Positions 17,557-27,530 of a stretch of 30,128 nucleotides of DNA are shown here, in pieces. Under the pieces are notes generated by a model. That model was not told the origin of the DNA. It did no database searches and saw only the letters and a program-made list of their open reading frames with translations. Source of the stretch: Vulcanimicrobiota bacterium (GTDB lineage: Bacteria > Vulcanimicrobiota > Vulcanimicrobiia > Vulcanimicrobiales > Vulcanimicrobiaceae); contig PLCF01000053.1 of NCBI GenBank assembly GCA_003135555.1, positions 1-30,128 on the forward strand, written 5' to 3'. A program made the translations under genes and the position numbers. The first letter of the stretch is position 1, and each line of letters starts with the position of its first letter.

Positions 17557-19487
17557 AGCTCGTCGACGACGCCTTCGCGCCCGACGGTCCGATCGCGCGC
17601 GCCCTGCCGGGTTTCGAGGCGCGCGACGGACAGGTGCGGATGTCGCGTTTGATCCAGCGCGGCTTCCTGGAAAACGTGCACACGATCGTCGAGGCGGGGA
17701 CGGGCGTGGGGAAGTCGCTGGCATATCTCGTGCCGGCCCTGCGCGCCGGCGCACGGGTCGTCGTCTCGACCGGGACGATCGCGCTGCAAGAGCAGCTGGT
17801 GCGCAAGGACATCCCGCTCGTCACCGCGGCGCTGGGGATCGAGGCGCGCGTGGTGCTGCTCAAAGGCCGCAACCACTACCTGTGCAAGGCTAAGTTCGAG
17901 AAGGAGAGCGGGTCGCGGCTCGTCGCGCCGTCGCTCGCGCTCGAACGGCTGTGGGCGTGGGCCGAACGCACCGAGACCGGCGACCGGGCGGAGCTCGACT
18001 TCACCCCGCGCAACGACGACTGGGAGACGCTCGACGCCGACGCGGACGACTGCGTCGGCGAGTATTGCCATCGCTTCGCGGACTGTCACTTCTTCGCCAA
18101 ACGCGACGCCGCGCGCTTCGCCGACGTCGTGGTGGTCAACCACGCACTGTTCTTCCTCGATCTCGCCAGCGGCGGCGCGCTGCTTCCGGCCTATGACTTC
18201 GTGATTATCGACGAGGCGCATCAGGCCGAGAAATACGCGACGGCCGCGCTCACCGCGACGCTCTCGCCGGTCTCGGTCAACCGCATGATGCGCAAGCTGC
18301 ATCGCACCTACGCGGTCCCCGGCGCACACGATGCCGAGCTCGACGAAGGGATGCGGCGGCTGCAGCAGACGCTGGCGCGCGTGCCCGGCGACAAGTATCC
18401 GATCGCCGCCAACGAGGGCATCTTCGAGGTGCTCCCGACGCTGCGCGAGTCGTTCTACCGCCTCGAGAACTGGCTGCATGCGAATTGGAAGGACGGCCTA
18501 CGCAAACCGACCGACAACGAGGCGGAGGCGGAACGGCGGCGCGATCTCGCGCTGCGCGGCATCGCCGCGCACATCGCCACCGTCGACCGCATCGAGAGCG
18601 CCGCGTTGCAGGCGACCAGCGGTGCGCTGCCCGCCGACGAGATCGAGGCGGTCGCCTGGGTCGAGCGCGGCGACGGGGGCGAGCGCTACGAGATCAATGC
18701 CGCGCCGTTCTCGGTCGCCGACTTCCTGCGCGCGACGCTGTTTGCACGCACCCGTAGCGTGGTGCTCACCAGCGCGACGATCTCCGCCGCGGGGTCGTTC
18801 GACTTCCTCAAGAGCTCGCTGGGGATCGACGAGGCCCAGCAACTCGTAGCACCGTCGCCGTTCGACTATGCGAAGCAGGCGCGGCTCTACATCGCCCCGC
18901 CACGGCTCAACCCCAAGGCCGCCGACTTTGCACGCCGCGCCGCGCCGCTGATCGAAGAGATCCTCGATCGCAGCGGCGGCCGCGCATTCGTGCTGTTCAC
19001 CTCGTACGTCCGCTTGCGCGAGGTGTACGCGTTGCTCCGCGAGCGGCTGCCGTTTCCGGTGAAGATGCAGGGCGATTTGCCGCGCACGGCCCTGCTGGAC
19101 TGGTTTCGTGCGACGCGTAGCGCGGTGCTCTTCGCAACGGGAACGTTCTGGGAGGGGATCGACGTGGTCGGCGACGCGCTGTCATGCGTGGTGATCGATC
19201 GGCTGCCGTTTCCGTCGCCCTCCGAGCCGCTGGTCGCCGCGCGCATCGCCGCGCTGGAGGCCCAAGGTCGCTCGGGGTTCGAGCACTACATGATCCCCAG
19301 CGCGATCGTGCGGCTCAAACAGGGCTTCGGACGGCTGATCCGGTCGTCCACCGATCGCGGCGTCGTAGCGATCCTCGACGGCCGCGCGACCTCGATGCGG
19401 TACGGCGCCACCATCGTCGACGCGTTACCCGGGGCGACCCGCATCGACGACCTCGCGGCGCTCGACGAGCTGTTTCGCAACGGCTAA
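17553..19487 (+). CDS. dinG: DinG/YoaA-family ATP-dependent DNA helicase (Fe-S)
   Basis: EAGTGVGKS, KGRNHYLC, Cys cluster, DEAH, TSAT, LFTSY, FWEGID, QGFGRLIR. Confidence 0.93.
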   Translation: MKLVDDAFAPDGPIARALPGFEARDGQVRMSRLIQRGFLENVHTIVEAGTGVGKSLAYLVPALRAGARVVVSTGTIALQEQLVRKDIPLVTAALGIEARVVLLKGRNHYLCKAKFEKESGSRLVAPSLALERLWAWAERTETGDRAELDFTPRNDDWETLDADADDCVGEYCHRFADCHFFAKRDAARFADVVVVNHALFFLDLASGGALLPAYDFVIIDEAHQAEKYATAALTATLSPVSVNRMMRKLHRTYAVPGAHDAELDEGMRRLQQTLARVPGDKYPIAANEGIFEVLPTLRESFYRLENWLHANWKDGLRKPTDNEAEAERRRDLALRGIAAHIATVDRIESAALQATSGALPADEIEAVAWVERGDGGERYEINAAPFSVADFLRATLFARTRSVVLTSATISAAGSFDFLKSSLGIDEAQQLVAPSPFDYAKQARLYIAPPRLNPKAADFARRAAPLIEEILDRSGGRAFVLFTSYVRLREVYALLRERLPFPVKMQGDLPRTALLDWFRATRSAVLFATGTFWEGIDVVGDALSCVVIDRLPFPSPSEPLVAARIAALEAQGRSGFEHYMIPSAIVRLKQGFGRLIRSSTDRGVVAILDGRATSMRYGATIVDALPGATRIDDLAALDELFRNG

Positions 19488-20585
19488 CGCCGCGCGGCGC
19501 AAGGGTACGCCGCGCGCGATGCGCAGCGCTTGCAGCCGGCGCGAGAGGGTGCGTTCGAGCGCGCCGACCATGCGGTCGCGCAGCGGCGAAGCAACGAACG
19601 GCCGCTCCGCGATCCTCGAGAACGCCAGGCCGGCGGCGATGCCGCTCAGCATCGCTGCCAACGCGAGCGGCGCGCCTGCTAGCGGGGCGTGGTGTTCGAC
19701 GAACGCGATCACCGGCTCGTGCACCAAGTAGATCCCGTACGATGCGACGCCGACGGCGGCGAGCGCGCGGACTTCGAGCAACCGGCTCAACTGCGGGGTC
19801 GCGCCTGCCGCGACGACCAGGGCAAAGGCGGCCAGCTGCCAGACCGGGGTCGTCGTCCAAACCCACGGCGCAATATCGGACCCGCTGGTCGCGACGCCGA
19901 GCGCCACCAGGCCGAGCAGCGCCGGCAGCGCCCAGCGGGCCGCCGGCGGGCGACGCACCGCCGCCGCGGCGGCAACGATTCCCAACATGAACGCGGGCAG
20001 CGTCAGAAAATCGACCAGGCGCGCGCCCGAGGTGTATGCGACGAGCGCAACGATCGCTACCAGCGCGAACGCGCGCGGCGACACCGTCCACAGCCACAGC
20101 ACGAGCGGAAAGACGAAGTACCAGCGAAACTCGACCGCGAGCGTCCAGAACGAACCGTTGAGGAAGCGCACGTTGTGGTCGAAGAAGAGCGCCTGCAAGA
20201 CGACGTCGCCGGCCGAAAAACCGGACTGCGGCATCGACGGCGGAAGCCCCGCCCCCGCCGCCCGCAAGCCGAACGCGAGGACGAGCAGCACGACGATCGT
20301 GCAGTAGTAGGGGCCGGTGATCCGGACGATCCGCCGCGCGGCGAAGCGCGCGACATCGAACGTCACCGCGTCGCCGCCGTAAAAACGCTGCAGCGTGGGA
20401 TAGCTCAGGCAGAAGCCCGACAGGACGAAGAACAGGTCGACGCCGTGCGACCCGTGCCGCAGCGCAAGTCCCAGAAGCGACGACGGATCACCAGCGATCG
20501 CCGGGTTGTACTTGGCCGCGTGAAACGCGACAACCGACGCGACGGCGACCGCGCGCAGGCCGTCGATGTACGCGATGCGGTTCAA
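19425..20585 (-). CDS. Acyltransferase-3 (OafA-like) membrane O-acyltransferase
   Basis: IDGLRAVAV...H, GVDLFFVLSGF, RRIVRI, WTLAVEFRWY, SYGIYLVH. Confidence 0.9.
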   Translation of the reverse strand: MNRIAYIDGLRAVAVASVVAFHAAKYNPAIAGDPSSLLGLALRHGSHGVDLFFVLSGFCLSYPTLQRFYGGDAVTFDVARFAARRIVRITGPYYCTIVVLLVLAFGLRAAGAGLPPSMPQSGFSAGDVVLQALFFDHNVRFLNGSFWTLAVEFRWYFVFPLVLWLWTVSPRAFALVAIVALVAYTSGARLVDFLTLPAFMLGIVAAAAAVRRPPAARWALPALLGLVALGVATSGSDIAPWVWTTTPVWQLAAFALVVAAGATPQLSRLLEVRALAAVGVASYGIYLVHEPVIAFVEHHAPLAGAPLALAAMLSGIAAGLAFSRIAERPFVASPLRDRMVGALERTLSRRLQALRIARGVPLRRAALAVAKQLVERREVVDAGRPG

Positions 20586-21955
20586 CCGGCGTCAAGTATA
20601 GGCCTGGGGCGACTGCCTCGCATGAGCAGTATTGCACACGCCAGCGTCAGCGCGAGCGCGCCCAGGCCGACGACGTTGCGAAAGAAGACCGTGTCGAGCA
20701 ACGCGGCGGCCGCCGGAAAGGCGATGAGCAAGTAGGCCAAGTCGCGCTGCCTGGACAGGGCATAGGGGATCGACCAGGCCAGGTACCATGGAAAGAGCGC
20801 GGCCGCGAGCGCCGGCATGACGAACGCGCCGGTACGCAAGCGTTTGTAGCCGAGCAGTGCCGCAAGCAGGATGACCGCCGCGACGAACGCGGTCAAACCG
20901 TGGAGCAGCGCCTCGGGGCCTGTTCGTGAGACGACATGGCGCGTCACCGCCGCCAGATATGGTGCACCGCCCAGCCACCACGAGACCAACGCGGTGAGCG
21001 CGACGGCGGCGCCCATGTACGCGTAGCGGGCGGCGGGGCGGCGCACCGCGGTGAAGATCAGCAGACCCAGCACCGCGTAGGGCGCTTTGATCAAGCCGGC
21101 CGCAACGATGCAGCCCACCGCGAGCAGTGGTCGTTCGCGCATCAGCAGCGCTGCGCCGGCGGCGACGCACAGCACGGCGAGCATGTCGTTGTGCGCGTTG
21201 GCGACGAAGTGCAGCCACAGCGGCGGATTCAATGCCGCGATCGCGAGGACGCGCCCCGGCATGCGCAGCGCCGCCAGCGCCGCGACGAAGCCGGCGTACG
21301 ACAACAGGCCCAGCACGCGCAAGCTCTCGAGCTTCGCGAGCAGCGTCGGCGCCGGCGCCGCGGTGAGGCGCAGCACCGCGAGCCACCCGGGGCCGTACGG
21401 TGCCGGAACCATCGGCGTTCCCCACCAGCGGTTGATCAGCGCGAAGCTGCCGTCGAAGGCGCGGTCGGGCGGCGCGTACGCCGCTCCGCCGAGGAGCGCG
21501 TAACCGACGTTGGAGTACATGTCGGCGCTGCTCAGGGCGGGCGCCGCCAGCGCCAGCAGCGCCATCGCCGCCGCCCCGGCGCAGATCCACCGCGTACCCG
21601 CTGTGGTCAAGCCGCTGCGGCCCAGCTCTGCGTACAGGCCGGCCAACACCAGCGAGGCGCCGGCGCCCAGGACCGCCATGGCAACGCCGGCGAGATCGGC
21701 GTGCACGATCACCGGCCCGTCGTCGTGGGCGATCGGCAACGGCAGCATCTGCTCCCAGCCCAAATACGGAACGTGGTGTCGCGCGGCGTAGGCGACCAGT
21801 GCCAGCTGCGCGGCGAAGATCGCGACCAGCAGCGTCGTGCCCGAGCGCACGCCGATGCGTGGGATGCGTGACACGATGCCCAGCCCGGGGTTGCCGCGCT
21901 CGAAGAGCAGGAGCGTCAACCCGATCACGTAGGCCGCAATGGCGAACGACGACAC
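20582..21955 (-). CDS. Polytopic GT-C glycosyltransferase (MptB/GT87-like)
   Basis: SSADMYS, APYGP, LNP, HNDML, IK motifs in a multi-TM protein; probable GTG start 21955. The longer ORF upstream is an antisense shadow of the nuclease gene. Confidence 0.75.
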   Translation of the reverse strand: MSSFAIAAYVIGLTLLLFERGNPGLGIVSRIPRIGVRSGTTLLVAIFAAQLALVAYAARHHVPYLGWEQMLPLPIAHDDGPVIVHADLAGVAMAVLGAGASLVLAGLYAELGRSGLTTAGTRWICAGAAAMALLALAAPALSSADMYSNVGYALLGGAAYAPPDRAFDGSFALINRWWGTPMVPAPYGPGWLAVLRLTAAPAPTLLAKLESLRVLGLLSYAGFVAALAALRMPGRVLAIAALNPPLWLHFVANAHNDMLAVLCVAAGAALLMRERPLLAVGCIVAAGLIKAPYAVLGLLIFTAVRRPAARYAYMGAAVALTALVSWWLGGAPYLAAVTRHVVSRTGPEALLHGLTAFVAAVILLAALLGYKRLRTGAFVMPALAAALFPWYLAWSIPYALSRQRDLAYLLIAFPAAAALLDTVFFRNVVGLGALALTLACAILLMRGSRPRPILDAG

Positions 21956-22012
21956 CGCGCGATCTTCGGCCGCACGGGCGGGAGCCCCCGGCGCACGAGC
22001 GAAGCCGCGCAG

Positions 22013-23056
22013 ATGCGTCTTCCTATCGTCGTGCTCGCCGCCGTGCTCGCCGCCGCGCCCCTGCCCGCCTCGGCCTGGGGCGCGCAGGGCCATCGCATCG
22101 TCAACGGTGCGGCGATCCGCGCGTTGCCCGACACGCTGCCGGCGTTCGTGCGCAGCGCGACGGCACACGACGAGATCGCGTTGCTGGGTCCGGAAGCCGA
22201 TCGGATCAAAGGCTCGGGTGATCCGCTCGATGACGACGACAACGCCGGACACTATCTCGACGCGCTCGACGACGCCACGGTAGCCGGCGTGGTCAAGCTC
22301 TCGGCGCTGCCGAAGGACCGCCAAGACTTCGACACCGCGCTGCGCGCGGTGCACACCGATCAGTACGCTCAGGGCTACCTGCCCTATCAGATCGCCGACG
22401 GTTGGGAGCGGATCGTGCGCGATCTCGCCTACTGGCGCGTCGACGTCGTCGGGGAGGCGAAAGCAGCGAGCGCCGAGGAGCGCGCGTTCTTCACCTTCGA
22501 CCGCACGGTGCGCGAAGCGGTGACGCTGCGCGATATCGGCTACTGGGGACACTTCGTCGCCGACGCGTCGCAGCCGCTGCACGTGAGCGTCCACTTCAAC
22601 GGCTGGAACCAGTTCGATTTTCGGACCAAGCAGCCGCGCACGCACTATCCCAATCCCGGCGCGTTCTCCGACTCCACCACCATCCACGCGCGCTTCGAGA
22701 CGGCGCTGGTGCGCGCCGTTGCGACCGAGGATCTCGTCAGTGCCCGCGTCCCCGTGCTCGCGACCTCGACCGACCCGATCCTCGCGCAGGTCGGTGTCTA
22801 CCTGACCGGCAGCGTGAGCAAAGTTCCCGACGTCTACCGGCTCGAGGCGGCCGGCGGCATCGACGCGCACAGCCCGGCCGCGACGTCGCTCGTGCTCGAC
22901 CGCTTGGCTGCGGGTGCCGCGGAGATGCGCAATCTGCTGGTGGAAGCGTGGCAGACCAGTGCCGGCGTGAAGGTCGGGTATCCCGGCGTCGCGGTGCGCG
23001 ACTTCGAGTCGGGCGCGGTCGTTCCGACCCGCGCCAACGTGGGGTTCGGCGACTAG
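22013..23056 (+). CDS. Secreted S1/P1-family nuclease
   Basis: Signal peptide followed by mature N-terminal WGAQGH; HY..D; HFVADASQPLH; HARFE zinc ligands. Confidence 0.88.
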   Translation: MRLPIVVLAAVLAAAPLPASAWGAQGHRIVNGAAIRALPDTLPAFVRSATAHDEIALLGPEADRIKGSGDPLDDDDNAGHYLDALDDATVAGVVKLSALPKDRQDFDTALRAVHTDQYAQGYLPYQIADGWERIVRDLAYWRVDVVGEAKAASAEERAFFTFDRTVREAVTLRDIGYWGHFVADASQPLHVSVHFNGWNQFDFRTKQPRTHYPNPGAFSDSTTIHARFETALVRAVATEDLVSARVPVLATSTDPILAQVGVYLTGSVSKVPDVYRLEAAGGIDAHSPAATSLVLDRLAAGAAEMRNLLVEAWQTSAGVKVGYPGVAVRDFESGAVVPTRANVGFGD

Positions 23057-23145
23057 CACTCCCTCGTCCGGCCACCGGGCGGCCGAGTTTCGAGTTGCCC
23101 GCCCCTCGGTACAATCGTTGGTGCAATGCAATCAGGAGCACGCAC

Positions 23146-23856
23146 GTGAAGCACCTCACAGCCATACGCGCGCTTGCTGCGTCGGTCGCGCTCGCCGGTT
23201 TGGGCGCCGCGACCCTGGCGGTGAACGCGCAAATGACCGATCCAACGCCCGCGCCGCAGGCACCACCCATGCCGAACCCGGATCGCGTTCCCGCCAGCGA
23301 TGCCGAGTTCGTGCGCGCGCTGGACCGCGCGAATACGACCGAACTCGACACGGCGAAGTACGTCGTCAATCGTACCAAGGATCCGGCGGTCCACCAGTTC
23401 GCCCAGCACATGATCGACGATCACAGCACGACCGCAGTCAAGCTGGAAGCCGTGACCCGCGGCACCAACCTCGCGCCCACCCCGCGCGACGACGGCACCG
23501 TGCCGGGGATGGATCGCCGCTTACTCGCGATCCTGCAAGGCGAGAGCGGTACGCAGCTCGACAACGACTTCATGCGGATGCAAGTGCCGATGCACCGGCG
23601 TGCCCTCGGATTGCTGCAATGGGAGTCGCAGAATGGGCAGAACAACGGTCTCAAAGCGCTCGCGACGAATCTGATCCCGACGGTACAGCAGCACCTACAG
23701 ATCGCACAGAGCTACCTCGCCGCGCACAACCTGTCACCGTTCTCGCCGCCGCCGCCGAACCCGGTTCCCGGAAACGTCAACCCGAATGGCACCGGCACTG
23801 GTCCGGCGACGCCCAACAACCCCGCCAACGCACCGAGCGCCGCGCCGCGCCGCTAG
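23146..23856 (+). CDS. DUF4142-domain secreted protein
   Basis: AGGAG RBS before GTG 23146; signal peptide; DAEFV...N..E, V..FAQHMIDDH, D..FM..QV..H, PTVQQHL. Confidence 0.85.
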   Translation: MKHLTAIRALAASVALAGLGAATLAVNAQMTDPTPAPQAPPMPNPDRVPASDAEFVRALDRANTTELDTAKYVVNRTKDPAVHQFAQHMIDDHSTTAVKLEAVTRGTNLAPTPRDDGTVPGMDRRLLAILQGESGTQLDNDFMRMQVPMHRRALGLLQWESQNGQNNGLKALATNLIPTVQQHLQIAQSYLAAHNLSPFSPPPPNPVPGNVNPNGTGTGPATPNNPANAPSAAPRR

Positions 23857-23871
23857 CTCACGCGGCGGGAG

Positions 23872-23914
23872 TGACGTTCGTCATCCGTAACGGCTGACGG
23901 TCGTGGCTGGTGAC
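23872..23914 (+). promoter_or_regulatory. Putative response-regulator binding site
   Basis: TGAC-gttc-GTCA palindrome (23872-23883) plus TGAC half-sites at 23895 and 23911, upstream of an ABC/two-component operon. Confidence 0.5.
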
Positions 23915-23952
23915 TCCGCGCCCATCCTGCGAGGATGGGTGCGGAGGAACCT

Positions 23953-24876
23953 ATGGACGATCATGACGCTCCGGCCCGCTTGAGCGGGGTCACCAAGCGC
24001 TACGGTACGATCACCGCGCTGCACGAGGTCGCACTGACGCTGCGCGCGGGCGAGACCCTGGCGCTGCTCGGGCCCAACGGCGCCGGGAAGACGACGGCCA
24101 TTCGCACGCTGCTCGGCATCATCACCCCGGACGCCGGCACCGCGACCTTGTTCGGCCGCGACCCGCGCAGCCCGCGAAACCGTGCGCGCACCGGTGCGAT
24201 GTTGCAGGTCGCCGGGGTTCCCGCGACCTTGACCGTGCGCGAACACGTGCGGCTGTTCGCATCGTACTACCCCCGCCCGCTACCGCTGGCCGAGACGCTC
24301 GCGATCGCCGGTTTGCGCGGGCTCGAGCACCGGCTCTACGGCGAGCTTTCGGGCGGGCAGCGGCAGCGCGTCGCGTTCGCGCTGGCGATTTGCGGCGACC
24401 CCGACGCGCTGATCCTCGACGAGCCGACGTCGGCCCTCGACGTCGAGTCGCGGCTCGCGCTCTGGGCCCAGATTCGGGCCTACGTCGCGCGCGGCCGCAG
24501 CGTGTTGCTCACCACCCACGACCTCGCCGAAGCCGACGCGCTCGCCGACCGCATCGTGGTGCTGTTGGCCGGGCAGGTCGTCGCCGAAGGTTCATCGAGC
24601 GCGATCAAAGCGCGCGCCGGCGGCACGATCGTCCGGTGCAGTACGGGACTGTCGGTGGATCAGCTGCACGCGATCCCCGACGTCGACGCGGTGTCGCGCG
24701 ACGGAAACGTCGTGCGGATAACCACCCGCGCGGCCGATTCGCTCGTGCGCGCGCTCTACGTCCAGGATCCCTCGTTCGCGTTGATCGACGTCACCGCACG
24801 GCCGCTCGAGGCCGCGTTCTTAGCGCTCACCCAATCGTCGGCAAACCACGCCGAGCTCCTCGGAGGGGCAGCATGA
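23953..24876 (+). CDS. ABC exporter ATP-binding protein
   Basis: GPNGAGKTT, LSGGQRQR, ILDEPT, TTH; GGAGGA RBS before ATG 23953. Confidence 0.95.
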   Translation: MDDHDAPARLSGVTKRYGTITALHEVALTLRAGETLALLGPNGAGKTTAIRTLLGIITPDAGTATLFGRDPRSPRNRARTGAMLQVAGVPATLTVREHVRLFASYYPRPLPLAETLAIAGLRGLEHRLYGELSGGQRQRVAFALAICGDPDALILDEPTSALDVESRLALWAQIRAYVARGRSVLLTTHDLAEADALADRIVVLLAGQVVAEGSSSAIKARAGGTIVRCSTGLSVDQLHAIPDVDAVSRDGNVVRITTRAADSLVRALYVQDPSFALIDVTARPLEAAFLALTQSSANHAELLGGAA

Positions 24877-25631
24877 TCGCCCGCATCACGTTCGCCGAAA
24901 CGCGCGCCGAGCTCACCAAGCAAACCCGTCTGCCTGCCTACGTCATCCCGACCCTAGCCTTTCCGCTCGCTTTCTACGCGTTTTTCGGGCTCGCCATGGG
25001 TGCGTCGCGGGGCGTCGGAGCGACCACGGTCGCAACGTACCTGCTCGCGACGTACGGCGCGTTCGGCGTCGTCGGGTGCGCGTTGTTCGGGTTCGGCGTG
25101 AGCGTCGCGGTCGAACGCGGTCAAGGCTGGCTGCTCGTGAAGCGCGCCAGCCCGATGCCGCCGATCGCCTACGTGCTCGCGAAGATGTTCACCGCGATGG
25201 CCTTCGCCGCGACGGTCGTCGTCCTGCTGTGCGTGCTCGGGGCGGCGTTCGGCGGAGTTCGGCTCGCGCCGGTGACTTGGACGGAACTCGTGCTCGCGCT
25301 GGTCTTGGGTGCGATACCGTTTTGTGCGCTCGGGCTCGCCATCGGATCGGTAGCCGGTCCGAACTCCGCGCCGGCCTTGGTCAACCTGGTGTACCTGCCG
25401 ATGTCGTTTGCGTCGGGCCTGTGGATTCCGATCGAGATGCTCCCGCCCGCGGTCGCGCACGTCGCACCGTTCCTGCCGACCTATCACTTGGGTCAGCTCG
25501 CGCTCGGGACCCTCGGCGCAGGCCACGGCTCCGCCCTGACGCACGTCGCGGTGTTGGCCGCATGGGCGGTTGCGGGTGTGGCGGCGGCAGCGTACGGTCT
25601 GCGCCGCGACGAAGGGCGGACCTATGGCTAG
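24873..25631 (+). CDS. ABC-2 type permease
   Basis: About six TM segments, ERGQGW...RASP, SGLWIP, PTYH; ATGA overlap with the ATPase gene. Confidence 0.92.
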   Translation: MIARITFAETRAELTKQTRLPAYVIPTLAFPLAFYAFFGLAMGASRGVGATTVATYLLATYGAFGVVGCALFGFGVSVAVERGQGWLLVKRASPMPPIAYVLAKMFTAMAFAATVVVLLCVLGAAFGGVRLAPVTWTELVLALVLGAIPFCALGLAIGSVAGPNSAPALVNLVYLPMSFASGLWIPIEMLPPAVAHVAPFLPTYHLGQLALGTLGAGHGSALTHVAVLAAWAVAGVAAAAYGLRRDEGRTYG

Positions 25632-26709
25632 CGCCTGGCGGCGGCTTCCGATCAGCGAGCACGGCGTATTGCCGTACTTGTGGCTCGTGTATGCCGCCGG
25701 CATACCGCTGTCCCTGTGGGGCCATGCGTACACGCGCGTCGCCGGCTTCCAGTTCACCGTGCTGGCGATGTTCTTGGTGCTCTACGTCTTGGGCTACGCC
25801 CGCTGGGGACGGCCTGCGCTCGCGTACGCGGCCGCGATCGCGGCGCTCGGTGCCGTCGCTTCACCCAGCGACGGCTTTGCGACGAGCTACTTCATCTATG
25901 CGGCGACGTTCATCGCGTGGGGCTTGCCGGCGCGCTGGGCGTACCGCGTTCTGCCCGTCTATGCGGCGCTCGTCGCGCTCGACGTTTGGCTCACGCACGT
26001 CGAGATCACGGGGGCGGTCATCGGCGTCGTCTTCTCGGTCATCGTCGGGATCGTGTGCATCAACGCCGCCGAGCAGAAGCGCGCACACGGACGGCTCCAG
26101 CAAGCCTACGATCAGATCGAGCGGTTGGCCAAGATCGCCGAACGCGAGCGCATCGCGCGCGACCTGCACGACGTCCTGGGTCACACGCTCTCGCTGATCG
26201 CGCTCAAGTCGCAGCTCGCGTCGAAGCTGGCCGATCGCGATCCGGCGCGCGCCGCCGCCGAGATCCGGGCGGTCGAGGAGATCGCGCGCACCTCGCTCGA
26301 CGAGCTGCGCGAGGCGGTCGCGGGGTATCGCGGTTCGGGTTTGGCCGCCGAGCTCGAGCACGCCCGCGCTGTCCTGGGGGCCGCGGGGCTGCAGGTCGAT
26401 TGCACGGCCGATGACGTGCGCTTGGCCCCGTCGAGCGAGAGCGTCCTCACGCTGGCCATTCGCGAGGCGGTCACCAACGTGATTCGGCACGCGCGCGCGA
26501 GCACGGTGCATCTGCGCGTCGCGCAAAGCGACGGCGCGTGCCGGTTCGAGATCGAAGATGACGGCGTCGGCGGCGCCGCCGCCGAAGGCATCGGCTTGAG
26601 CGGGATGCGCGAGCGTGTGGAGTCGCACGGAGGGTCGCTGGAGCGCAGTGCCGAGCACGGGACGCGCCTGGTCGTCATCCTGCCGCTGGCATCGGGGGCC
26701 GCGCGCTGA
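25624..26709 (+). CDS. HisKA_3 sensor histidine kinase (DesK/YvfT-like)
   Basis: N-terminal TMs; ERERIARDLHDVLGHTLS; REAVTNVIRH; DDGVG; GLSGMRER. Confidence 0.95.
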   Translation: MASAWRRLPISEHGVLPYLWLVYAAGIPLSLWGHAYTRVAGFQFTVLAMFLVLYVLGYARWGRPALAYAAAIAALGAVASPSDGFATSYFIYAATFIAWGLPARWAYRVLPVYAALVALDVWLTHVEITGAVIGVVFSVIVGIVCINAAEQKRAHGRLQQAYDQIERLAKIAERERIARDLHDVLGHTLSLIALKSQLASKLADRDPARAAAEIRAVEEIARTSLDELREAVAGYRGSGLAAELEHARAVLGAAGLQVDCTADDVRLAPSSESVLTLAIREAVTNVIRHARASTVHLRVAQSDGACRFEIEDDGVGGAAAEGIGLSGMRERVESHGGSLERSAEHGTRLVVILPLASGAAR

Positions 26710-27308
26710 TTCGGGTCGTGATCGCCGAAGATCAGCAGCTCGTCGCGGGTGCTCTCGCGGCGCTGCTGGACCTCGAAACCGACATCGAGGTCGTCGGTCA
26801 CGCGCACGACGGGGTCACGGCGCTGCGCTGCGTCGAGGAACTCGCGCCCGACGTCCTGCTGGCCGATATCGAGATGCCGCTCATGACCGGCCTCGAAGTC
26901 GCCGCCGAGTTGCGCCGGCGTTCGAGCGCGACGCGCGTGGTGATCGTCACGACGTTCGCGCGCCCGGGCTACTTGCGCCGCGCGATGGATGCCGGGGTGG
27001 CCGGCTACCTGCTCAAGGACCGGCCGGTCGAAGAGCTCGTCGCCGCGGTACGCACCGCGCACGGCGGCGGCCGGGCGATCGACCCGGCGTTGGCGCTGCA
27101 CGCCTGGAGCGAACCCGATCCGCTCACCGATCGCGAACGCGCGGTGCTGCGCCTTGCCGGCGAGGGTCAGTCGTCGGCGGCGATCGGCGCGGCGCTGGGA
27201 CTGTCGGAGGGCACGGTGCGCAACTACTTGAGCGAAGCGATCGGCAAAGTCGGCGCCGAGAATCGCACCGAAGCCGCCCGCATCGCACGCGACCGCGGCT
27301 GGCTCTAA
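26706..27308 (+). CDS. NarL/LuxR-family response regulator (DesR/YvfU-like)
   Basis: IRVVIAED, DIEMP, TTF, YLLKD, LTDRE...GTVRNYLS HTH. Start at CTG 26706/ATT 26709 is inferred; the ORF track uses GTG 26718. Confidence 0.92.
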   Translation: MIRVVIAEDQQLVAGALAALLDLETDIEVVGHAHDGVTALRCVEELAPDVLLADIEMPLMTGLEVAAELRRRSSATRVVIVTTFARPGYLRRAMDAGVAGYLLKDRPVEELVAAVRTAHGGGRAIDPALALHAWSEPDPLTDRERAVLRLAGEGQSSAAIGAALGLSEGTVRNYLSEAIGKVGAENRTEAARIARDRGWL

Positions 27309-27530
27309 TCCCGATAGGCGGGAGCGTTCGATTTGTTCTCGCTATTGTAGCAATTTTGTTATTGGATTCCAAACACTACTGTAATGTAGGCATTTGCAAC
27401 CAAATATCGCGAAGTGCAAGCCGCAAACGGATCGCGGTCGCATAGGGCGGCCGGAGTAGGTCGACGAACCCTTCTTGGGCGCCGAACATACCCGCTGCGA
27501 GATTGATTTGATCCGTGCCGCGACGCGAAG

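Noticed and set aside
21956..23131. N-terminal ~390 aa of the 849-aa minus-strand ORF
   Set aside because: Antisense shadow of the S1/P1 nuclease gene in GC-rich DNA; only the hydrophobic 3' part looks like a real gene.
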